Shown here one piece after another: positions 10,470 through 18,120 of a stretch of DNA of 64,000 nucleotides (its first letter is position 1; every line of letters begins with the position of its first letter). Origin of the DNA: Candidatus Micrarchaeota archaeon (GTDB lineage Archaea; Micrarchaeota; Micrarchaeia; Norongarragalinales; SBBD01); the NCBI GenBank assembly GCA_038046605.1, contig JBBSVW010000073.1, forward strand, positions 11,023 to 75,022, written 5' to 3'. The translations under genes and the position numbers were made by a program. Below the pieces are notes generated by a model. That model did not search any database. It worked only from the letters and a program-made list of their open reading frames with translations, and was not told where the DNA came from.

Positions 10470-11000
10470 CTAATCTCTTAAATATTCATACATTTTAGGC
10501 ATGTTGTTAGGGTCGTCGAAAATCTTCCGTAAACGATACTTCACGCCTGCCACAGTTCTCAACGCACGGTTTGACAAATCCCTTCGCCCTGGCTTCCAGC
10601 AAGGCTCCGCCGGGTTAAGCTCAGGTGCGTACTTCGGAAAACGAATTAAACGAAAACTCTTGCGGTGATTGTGAATGAATTCGTCCACGCGTTTTCCTTT
10701 GTGGCAAGGCCCGCTGTCAACAAACAAAGCAACCTTGTTAAAACGCCCGACGACCTGTTTGCAATGCTGAACGAACTGCTTCTGTTTTTTTCTCTTGAAA
10801 AAAGTGTAAACCAACGCCCGCTTCGTACGAGTGGCAAACACGTTCGTATACTTCCGCTGGAAGTTTATGGGCGCCGTGGGGCGGCTCCCTTTGGGAGCCC
10901 AGCCTCGCGTGACGTTGGGAAGAAGTCCAAATGAGGCCTCATCCTCGCAGCCCACAACAAAACCTTTTTTTCGGTAGTACCGCGCGATTCGCCGCGCTTT
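10470..11000 (-). CDS. IS630 transposase OrfB (DDE domain), reached by -1 frameshift
   Basis: EDEASF, FVDSGPCH and YAPELNPAEPCW catalytic motifs; the -1 frame continues from TTTTAAAAAAAAG (minus strand, ~10997-11009). Confidence 0.88.
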   Translation of the reverse strand, partial: KARRIARYYRKKGFVVGCEDEASFGLLPNVTRGWAPKGSRPTAPINFQRKYTNVFATRTKRALVYTFFKRKKQKQFVQHCKQVVGRFNKVALFVDSGPCHKGKRVDEFIHNHRKSFRLIRFPKYAPELNPAEPCWKPGRRDLSNRALRTVAGVKYRLRKIFDDPNNMPKMYEYLRD

Positions 11001-11500
11001 TTTTTAAAAGCGTCCTGCTCTTCTTTGCCAGGCGATTTGTAATGCCTCGGCCTCGGTACAAGCAAGGAAAAACCGCAGGCGATAAGCAATCGCCAGACGT
11101 GTTGCGGCGTGTACGTCACGCCGAACTTTTTCTTGATTAACGCGAGGACTTCTTTCGAAGTCCATAAACGCGAAGGAGCGCGAGGGTTGCCTTTCTCAAG
11201 AATTTTTAGCAAATGCAGGCGCTGTCTTTTCGTAAGGTGCGGCGGGCGGCCTTCTTGTTTTACTGCGCGTGCAGCCTGTTGACCTTTTTCTGCGAAACGG
11301 TGCAGAATGCTTACGACGGTTTGCTTTGACGCGGCGCACGCTTCCGCAACGGCGTCCAAGGATTTGCCTTGTTTACGGTGGATGGCGATGAGCCATCGGA
11401 GTTTGGATTTTGCGTTGGTTTCTGCCGCCATGTGTTGTTTAAGCTCTTGAAGTGAAACGTGCGGCATGAACATTTCTCCACGAGCGAGATCCCAAGTCAT
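10865..11500 (-). CDS. IS630 transposase OrfA (HTH / winged-HTH part)
   Basis: EGRPPHLT, WTSKEV...KKFGVTYT..HVWRLL...GFS..VPRPRH..., then DAFKKK at the slippery site. Confidence 0.88.
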   Translation of the reverse strand: MTWDLARGEMFMPHVSLQELKQHMAAETNAKSKLRWLIAIHRKQGKSLDAVAEACAASKQTVVSILHRFAEKGQQAARAVKQEGRPPHLTKRQRLHLLKILEKGNPRAPSRLWTSKEVLALIKKKFGVTYTPQHVWRLLIACGFSLLVPRPRHYKSPGKEEQDAFKKKRGESRGTTEKKVLLWAARMRPHLDFFPTSREAGLPKGAAPRRP

Positions 11501-11539
11501 ACAATTATTAGGAAGTATGAATATATAAGTTATTCGCTA

Positions 11540-11829
11540 TTAATGAGAAAATCAGGATCCTTACCTAGCTCTATTTTCAGTAGCGAAATCCATTCTTTGA
11601 TCTCGTTTGAATCATGCCACCTTGCCCCGTTGAATTGCCTAAAGAATTTCAAATTGAAATCCACTCCTAATAGTTCCGAAAGGTAGCCTTCCTGGAACCC
11701 TTCACATGCAAGGTCCATTGCCAGAACCGCGTGGTTCCTTCCCCTCCTTGCTATTTCCTCCCAAATTGGAGCTGAATTTATCGACATAACCCACTTTTCT
11801 CCCTTAATTTTCCGGGCAATAATCTGCAA
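11540..11829 (-). pseudogene. PEP-utilising mobile-domain protein, 5' part (interrupted by IS630)
   Basis: Joining to 10463 after IS removal reads ...KDPDFLIKTGRHAEEW... in frame (1509 nt total). Confidence 0.82.
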
Positions 11830-11840
11830 TCTCCCTTAAA

Positions 11841-12545
11841 TCAATATCCCATCATTTCCAACTTCAAATTCAATATCCCCCCAAGCATCCTAGCGGTATC
11901 GGAAAACTTAACCTTCCCCTCCTTCTTGTGGTGCCATTCAATTCCGATTTCGGAAATTGCAAACCCGTGCTTTTTTGCCTTTGCAATCAGTTCCACATCC
12001 CATTCAAAACCCTTAAGCTTGATTAGTGGCAGGAGTTTTTTTGCGGCCTTTTTCCGGATCCCCTTAAAGCCGCATTGCGTATCATTGATTTTCAGGTTGA
12101 AAAGAAGGTTTACCAGCGCATTGAATGAACGGCTAGCAAGCTTCCTTCTTAATGGGATTTTGCCGTAAATGTCGCTATTCTTGTGCGCCCTGCTGCCAAT
12201 AACCAGGTCGTATTTTTCAAGTTCGCTAAGCATTTTTGGGATCTCGCGCGGAGGGATTGCGCCATCCGCATCATAGGTGATAATGGGATCCCCCTTTGCC
12301 AACCGGAAGCCTTCCATGAGCCCGCCTCCTTTCCCCAGCCTTTTTGGATAGTGGCAAATGCGGATTTTCCCCTCCCCGCTCCGGAATTGCCCGACTTTTT
12401 GGGCTGTCCTATCCAAGCCATCATCAATTACAAGAACCTCATATTCGCCCCTCTTGTAGCTCTTTTCAAGGAAGAAAAATAGCGCCTCAAGTGTCTCTTC
12501 TATGCGGTTCTCCTCGTTGTGCGTTGGTATTAGCATTGTGAACAT
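11841..12545 (-). CDS. GT2 glycosyltransferase, dolichyl/polyprenyl-phosphate hexose synthase-like (ALG5/DPM1 type)
   Basis: LIPTHNEE, VIDDG, GKGGG, YDADG, DTQCGFK, FEWDVELI. Confidence 0.9.
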   Translation of the reverse strand: MFTMLIPTHNEENRIEETLEALFFFLEKSYKRGEYEVLVIDDGLDRTAQKVGQFRSGEGKIRICHYPKRLGKGGGLMEGFRLAKGDPIITYDADGAIPPREIPKMLSELEKYDLVIGSRAHKNSDIYGKIPLRRKLASRSFNALVNLLFNLKINDTQCGFKGIRKKAAKKLLPLIKLKGFEWDVELIAKAKKHGFAISEIGIEWHHKKEGKVKFSDTARMLGGILNLKLEMMGY

Positions 12546-12614
12546 TTGATTCCAGGGATACATCTGAAAATTATCATATTAAAGGCTTGGGGTTCTATAA
12601 ATTCGCTGATAGAA

Positions 12615-13661
12615 ATGGCGGACATCACGGATCGGATCTGGGAAATGGAAGGGGGGAAGCCCAAAACATGGTGGTGGTGGTTTTGGCTATTTTACATTGA
12701 TAATCCCAAGGACCCCAAAAAGCCAAGGCAGCTCATGATCCTTTGGAGCGTGAAACGCGAAAAGCACATCCTTTGCAATGATGTCCTGCTTGATATGGAT
12801 GGCGATGTCGTGAACGAAGGGGGAAAGATTAGTTTCAAGGGCGCAACCGCAAGCTGGTTTTTCGATGGCAATAGTATGCATGAGGACTTCCTTGTGGCTC
12901 CATCGAATATTACAATCAACGGGAATGGAAAACGTAATTTGGATGCAGAAAAAAGTAAATTCGCCCAAAAAGGGAAGGAATTCCGCGTTTTCATTGATGG
13001 CAGGCAGGCGCAGGTGGATTTCAAGTGCCGTATGCTGCCAAATACCCCTCCAATCCACAAGGACCACAACTTCCTTGGCACGCTGGGCTACGATATTCTC
13101 AAAATAAATCGCCTATCCCTGACCGGAACAATAAAACAGAAGGGAAAAATCGAAAAAATCTCCGGCACCGCCTACTTCCAGAAGGTATTTGTGACTGGGC
13201 CGGTAATTCCCTGGCAGTGGGGGCTTGTGCACTTTGAAAATGGGAGCATTTTGAGCTACAACATAGGCCGGATTGGGGAGTCGTTTTTTGCAGAGCGTAA
13301 TTCGCCCCTTGATTTAAAACTACGAAGGAAGCTCGAGTTCTACGATTCGAAAACAAGAAAGCATTACCTGTTCGGGGATGTTAGAATCCATCGCACTAAA
13401 GGCGATCTTCCGGCTTTTATCCTGGAGGCAAAAAACAATGCGGCAGGAGGGCAAAATCTCAAAATCACCCTACAATCCTACTCGCGCGCGCTTTGGCGCC
13501 TCCAGAAATCAAGGCGGCATGCCCTTAACACCCTCTATTACCATGAATTCTGCGTCAACGCGGATGATTTCTCATTCACCACCGGTGGTAAAACCATTTC
13601 ATTAGGGGAGGTGGGGGAGGGGGTTGGCAATTGCGAGGATTCAAAAGGAATGCTTGTTTAG
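12615..13661 (+). CDS. Hypothetical protein (Trp-rich N-terminal motif, likely beta-rich)
   Basis: Long ORF; TWWWWFWLF...RQLMILWS and GTAYFQKV...PWQWG; sits directly upstream of dys on the same strand. Confidence 0.75.
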   Translation: MADITDRIWEMEGGKPKTWWWWFWLFYIDNPKDPKKPRQLMILWSVKREKHILCNDVLLDMDGDVVNEGGKISFKGATASWFFDGNSMHEDFLVAPSNITINGNGKRNLDAEKSKFAQKGKEFRVFIDGRQAQVDFKCRMLPNTPPIHKDHNFLGTLGYDILKINRLSLTGTIKQKGKIEKISGTAYFQKVFVTGPVIPWQWGLVHFENGSILSYNIGRIGESFFAERNSPLDLKLRRKLEFYDSKTRKHYLFGDVRIHRTKGDLPAFILEAKNNAAGGQNLKITLQSYSRALWRLQKSRRHALNTLYYHEFCVNADDFSFTTGGKTISLGEVGEGVGNCEDSKGMLV

Positions 13662-13681
13662 AACTTAATGGGTAGATTGCT

Positions 13682-14587
13682 ATGAAGGTTACGGATCATT
13701 CGCCAAATGGATCGCAAAGCGCAAAGGCGCTTTTCTCCCAATTCGAAAATTCCGGCTTCCAGGCATCCGAGCTATTCGCCGCATCAAATGCGCTAAATGG
13801 AATGCTATCCGACAAGGAATGCACGCGCTTTTTGGCATTCACTGGAAATATGGCGGCAAGCGGACTTCGTGGCATTTTTGCGGACATGCTAAAACGTAAA
13901 ATGTTCGATGCGGTGGTTACAACCGGGGGGGCAATCGACCACGACCTGATGCGCTCCTTTTCCAAGTATGAACTGGGCGATTTCCAGCAGGATGATGTTG
14001 CGCTGCACAAAAAGGGGATCAACCGCCTAGGAAACATACTCGTTGACAATAAAAATTACATCGCGCTCGAAAAGAAAATGCAGCCTCTCCTAAAGAAATT
14101 GCATTCGCAAAAGGGCATAGTATCCGGGCGCGAACTTATTTCCGAAATCGCAAAGGGAATCGATGACAAGAACTCCTTCCTTTACTGGAGCCAAAAAAAC
14201 AACATCCCAATCTTCTCCCCCGGGCTGATCGATTCGGCAATTGGCCTTCAGCTTTTCTTCTACAAGCAGGACCACAAGGATTTTGTCCTCGATGCAACCG
14301 GTGACATGAAGGAGCTTGCCAATCTTGTTCTGACGGCAAAGCGGACCGGTGCGCTCATTTTGGGAGGGGGTATTTCCAAGCACTACACAATTGCCAGCAA
14401 CCTCCTTCGCGGCGGGCTTGATTATTCCGTCTACATTACAACCGCAAGTGCATATGATGGCTCCCTTTCAGGCGCCTACCCCAAGGAAGCCAAAAGCTGG
14501 GGAAAAATCAAGGAAAAGGGGAAGACGGCGGTAGTTTACGGGGATGCGACGATTTTGCTTCCGCTTCTGTACTCGTCACTAATATAG
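13682..14587 (+). CDS. dys: Deoxyhypusine synthase
   Basis: GFQASEL, TTGGAIDHD, GINRLGNI, LGGGISKH, DGSLSGA.PKEAKSWGK, GDATILLP. Confidence 0.95.
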   Translation: MKVTDHSPNGSQSAKALFSQFENSGFQASELFAASNALNGMLSDKECTRFLAFTGNMAASGLRGIFADMLKRKMFDAVVTTGGAIDHDLMRSFSKYELGDFQQDDVALHKKGINRLGNILVDNKNYIALEKKMQPLLKKLHSQKGIVSGRELISEIAKGIDDKNSFLYWSQKNNIPIFSPGLIDSAIGLQLFFYKQDHKDFVLDATGDMKELANLVLTAKRTGALILGGGISKHYTIASNLLRGGLDYSVYITTASAYDGSLSGAYPKEAKSWGKIKEKGKTAVVYGDATILLPLLYSSLI

Positions 14588-14680
14588 TGCAGGATAGATG
14601 TGGGATTTGCGGATGGAATTTTCCGTATTGGGATGGCCGAGTATTGTTTCCGCCGGTTTTGGCCCCTTAAATCCGCGTCC

Positions 14681-15016
14681 TCATTTGTCAAAAACGCCCC
14701 TCAATATCCTTATGGCCCTTTTTTGCACCTCGAATTCCATGAATATCCTGCGCAGGCGGACCATTGCTGCAATAATTATGATGTAGGCGATAAGCGAAAG
14801 CAGGTCGTCCAAATCGCCCTTGGGGAAACTGATGTTCAAAACGCCAAGATCCTGCGCGATGCCAACTACTGCCTGCAGTACAAGCAGGAGAAAGCCGTTC
14901 AATAGGAGCCTTAGGGAAGCCTGCAGTTTCGTATCGCTCATCACATGGTAAAATCTGTAGGTGTAATAGAAAAGAAGGGAGCTTCCAAGGAAGCTTGCAA
15001 ATTCGAGCGCGAGCAT
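14681..15016 (-). CDS. Small 3-TM hypothetical protein (probable paralog of 15023-15361)
   Basis: 111 aa; three hydrophobic helices plus an amphipathic tail. Confidence 0.7.
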   Translation of the reverse strand: MLALEFASFLGSSLLFYYTYRFYHVMSDTKLQASLRLLLNGFLLLVLQAVVGIAQDLGVLNISFPKGDLDDLLSLIAYIIIIAAMVRLRRIFMEFEVQKRAIRILRGVFDK

Positions 15017-15022
15017 ATTTTT

Positions 15023-15361
15023 TCACCTAAGGAATTCATGAAGAATTTTAACGAGCTTGTTTTCGACACGCAGGATGTTGACAATCTTGTTCAACCTGAT
15101 AATTGCAACGGCAAAAAGAAGGTATGCAAGCGCCTGGAAGAGCTCTTCAACAGAAATGAAGTTGATGAATGAAATGGCTACGCCAGTAAGTGCCGCATGG
15201 ATGCCAAGCGCGCCCCTGAACGTATAGAGCAAAAATGCGGCAGATAAAATGTCCAGCTCTTGCTTTACCTTAGTCCCCCGGAAAATCCCATATAGGGAAT
15301 AGATTGCAAGAAGCATGAGGGCGCCAAGAAGCGTCCTAATTATCTCGAGCCAAAGTGCCAT
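15023..15361 (-). CDS. Small 3-TM hypothetical protein (probable paralog of 14681-15016)
   Basis: 112 aa; same layout; 6-bp gap to its partner. Confidence 0.7.
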   Translation of the reverse strand: MALWLEIIRTLLGALMLLAIYSLYGIFRGTKVKQELDILSAAFLLYTFRGALGIHAALTGVAISFINFISVEELFQALAYLLFAVAIIRLNKIVNILRVENKLVKILHEFLR

Positions 15362-15518
15362 TCAAATCGGAATCATTATCTCGTGGCCGTATTTATAGAT
15401 ATTGATTTGTTGCCATCCGCATCAGGTTTGCGTGGGCGCAATCAAAATGGTGGTTATCTGAATATTCCTAATCGTGGTTATACTTGCGGATTTTGGGAAA
15501 TTTTGCCGCCTTTTCTTG

Positions 15519-17825
15519 CTATTCTGCACTAAGCTCCTCCACAACCGCCCTATCGCCGGAGTCCTTGTCGCGCTCGAAATAGAACACCTTCGAGGATGCG
15601 CCCTCCTTAAGCGCCTCATCGTGCGTTATGATGAATGTCTGCTCGACAATTTTAGGGATCTCATCCCTAAGCGCGCGGTTTAGGAGGTTCACCGCCTGGC
15701 TGTCGAGGTTGTGGGTGGGCTCGTCCAGGATGAGCCAGGAAAGATTTGGCGTAAGCACCATGGCAAATGCCACGCGAAGCGTCAAGGCCGCGCAGCTCTT
15801 TTCCCCGCCGGAGCAATTCTCAATCCCGATCCACTGCCCATCCGGAGTTTGGAGCATCAATTCGTAATCATCGAAGCTTGGGCTTAGCATCAAGGCGCGA
15901 TAATCGCCATAAGGGTAGATGCTCCCCCAAAGCGAATTCATGGCTTCGTTCATCGCCTCAATTAGCTGCGAGCGCATCAGTGTTTGCGTTTCCAAAACAG
16001 CCTCCTGGAATGAGATTAATTTTTGCGCCTTTTTTGCGAGTTCCAAAAGCTCCTCCTCCCTTGCCTTCAAATCGGCAATTTTTTGCCTTAACTGCTTGAA
16101 TGCGCTTTCCAGTGTTAGCAAATTCCGCGAAATTGCCGCGTGCTGCGATTCGAGGCTTGCGGATTCCCGTTCTTCCTTGATCAATTCCATTCTTAAATGG
16201 GCAATTTTTTCGGGGCTGTGCGAAATCCTTGCAATTTCAGCATTCAAATCGATAATTTCCCCATCCAGCCCCTCGATTTCCACCCTGATTTTGGGCGCTT
16301 TTTGGGCATTCAAAAGCTCCCGTTCCAATCCTAATATTTTACCGGAGATTTCCGAGCCGTTTATTTGCGCCTCATCCCTCCCCCTTTTAAGTTTTGGCTC
16401 ATCCCCCCCGAGTTTTTCCAATTCATTGGAGCATTCCAAAAGATCCCTGGCAACATCCCCGAATTCCACGAGCCTAGCCTCATAAGTTTGCGCTTCCATG
16501 ATTAGGCTTGAGAGTTTTTCTATTTTCCCTCTTTCCTCCGATGCGCGCGAATGCAAGCGCTTGATTTCCTCCCCAAGCCTTGCAATGTGCGCATGCCTTT
16601 GCTCCTCGAGCTGCCTTTTCCTTCCTGGCGTTAAGTCCGATTCGCAAATCGGGCATTTCGCATCCGCATGATGAAGCGCTTGTTGGGATTTTTCAAGCTC
16701 TTTGTTTTGCGCCTCTTTTGTTGCAAGAAGGGATGTGGTTTGCGAAAATTCCCCCTGGGCAATTTCATGTGCAAGCTTTAGGGCGCTTGCCTGCCCAATT
16801 GCCTTTGCCTTTTCAAGCAGGCTATGCCTCTCCAAAGCCCTGCGGTCAAGTTTGCCCTTTTCTGCCAATAGTACCTTGATTCTTGCCAAAGCATTTGAGT
16901 GCTTATTGGCATTCTCCTGGCGCAGGCTCTCAATTTTTACCGCCTGCCCCCCTAGGGATTTGATTTCAGATATGAGTTTTTCCGCATCATTTGCCCCAAT
17001 CAATTTCTCCGCTTCCGCCAGTTCCCGTTTTTTTCCATTCAATAGCCCCTCTTTTCCAGCGAGCGTTTTTTCAAGGCGGGTAAATTCCCGCTCCGCCAAT
17101 TCGAGCTTTTGAAGTTGCTTATTCCCTTCGTGGATTTTTTCCTTCACATGCGCCAATTTTTTCCCAGCCTCTTTGATTCCCTCCTTCAATTTTGCAATTT
17201 CCGCCTCCTTTTCCGTTTCCTCCTGCCTCAATTTGGCAATTCCTGCCCCTTCCAGATACCGTTCCAGTTCTGATTTTTTCGAGGAGAGCTTTGATGCGGC
17301 AAGGCCGGCATTTTGCCTGGCGGCCTCAAACCTTGCAATTCCAAGCAGTTCATCGATTTGCCTTTTCCGCTCGCCTTTTTGCAGTGTCAGAATGTAATCG
17401 ATTTTATTTTGCTCTGCGTAAATGATGCGCGAAAAAAGGTCGTAATCCACCCCGAGGATGCTTTCAATCAGTTCGGTAACCCTGGAAGTTTGCGCTTCCA
17501 TTAGTTTGCCATCCTCGAATAGTTGCGCAGTTGTTGCCTTCTCGCCAAATTGCCTAACCGCCCTGTAGTTTTTCCCCACATGGGTGAATTCCAGCTCGAC
17601 TATCCCGGCGGAATGCTTTTTTGGCCGCTGCATCACCAGCTCTTCCAATTTCACCTTCCGGCTTTTGAGCGCAGGAAACGTGCCAAATAGCGCAAAGCTT
17701 ATCGCATCCATTACTGAACTCTTCCCGGATCCCATCTTTCCGATGAACAGGTTGCTCCCTTTCCCAAACCGTAGGCTGGTTTCCTCATGCGATTTCCAAT
17801 TCTTCAAAAGAAGGCTATTTATCAC
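15519..17825 (-). CDS. rad50: Rad50/SbcC-type SMC-like DNA repair ATPase
   Basis: Walker A GKMGSGKSS, coiled coils, central CPIC zinc hook, SGGE signature, LILDEPTHNLD, IITHD; probable GTG start at 17825. Confidence 0.9.
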   Translation of the reverse strand: MINSLLLKNWKSHEETSLRFGKGSNLFIGKMGSGKSSVMDAISFALFGTFPALKSRKVKLEELVMQRPKKHSAGIVELEFTHVGKNYRAVRQFGEKATTAQLFEDGKLMEAQTSRVTELIESILGVDYDLFSRIIYAEQNKIDYILTLQKGERKRQIDELLGIARFEAARQNAGLAASKLSSKKSELERYLEGAGIAKLRQEETEKEAEIAKLKEGIKEAGKKLAHVKEKIHEGNKQLQKLELAEREFTRLEKTLAGKEGLLNGKKRELAEAEKLIGANDAEKLISEIKSLGGQAVKIESLRQENANKHSNALARIKVLLAEKGKLDRRALERHSLLEKAKAIGQASALKLAHEIAQGEFSQTTSLLATKEAQNKELEKSQQALHHADAKCPICESDLTPGRKRQLEEQRHAHIARLGEEIKRLHSRASEERGKIEKLSSLIMEAQTYEARLVEFGDVARDLLECSNELEKLGGDEPKLKRGRDEAQINGSEISGKILGLERELLNAQKAPKIRVEIEGLDGEIIDLNAEIARISHSPEKIAHLRMELIKEERESASLESQHAAISRNLLTLESAFKQLRQKIADLKAREEELLELAKKAQKLISFQEAVLETQTLMRSQLIEAMNEAMNSLWGSIYPYGDYRALMLSPSFDDYELMLQTPDGQWIGIENCSGGEKSCAALTLRVAFAMVLTPNLSWLILDEPTHNLDSQAVNLLNRALRDEIPKIVEQTFIITHDEALKEGASSKVFYFERDKDSGDRAVVEELSAE

Positions 17826-17999
17826 AATTCCCCACAAGATAGGAATGGGCAAGGGAAATTAAAAAATGGCTGATAAGGCGGAAAATTGCGGATTTGTTGC
17901 TAGCAGCCACGAATATCCGCTGCACCCGATTAAATGCGCCCTTTACTAATATTGATACACAAATCAAAATTGAGGCGGAACGCCCAATCCGGGCAATGC

Positions 18000-18072
18000 C
18001 CGGATTCCCATAGAATACGGATATGCCTAGACTCGAAGTCTTGTGCAGGGGGAGGCACTCCCCCGTCGCGGA
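18000..18072 (+). ncRNA. Possible tRNA-like / structured element (non-canonical)
   Basis: Cloverleaf-like arm spacing over 73 nt, but the acceptor stem is poor and the T-loop non-canonical; see findings. Confidence 0.2.
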
Positions 18073-18077
18073 TTTCC

Positions 18078-18092
18078 AAAGCAATTTATATT
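18078..18092 (+). promoter_or_regulatory. Putative archaeal BRE/TATA box of the ATPase gene
   Basis: AAAGCAATTTATATT about 30 nt upstream of ATG 18121. Confidence 0.45.
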
Positions 18093-18120
18093 CAGGGGGT
18101 ATAACGCTTTAGGTAAGGCT

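Larger units (their letters stand above)
10467..11539 (-). mobile_element. IS630-family insertion sequence, 1073 bp, imperfect terminal inverted repeats, TA/TTA target duplication
   Basis: Left end TAGCTAATCTCTTAAATATTCATAC versus reverse complement of right end TAGCGAATAACTTATATATTCATAC. TTA flanks both sides (10464-10466, 11540-11542). Confidence 0.92.

Noticed and set aside
17970-18080. 5S rRNA, SRP RNA or RNase P RNA
   Set aside because: I could not find their conserved motifs (CCGAAC loop, SRP helix-8 motif, GAGGAAAGUCC) on either strand.
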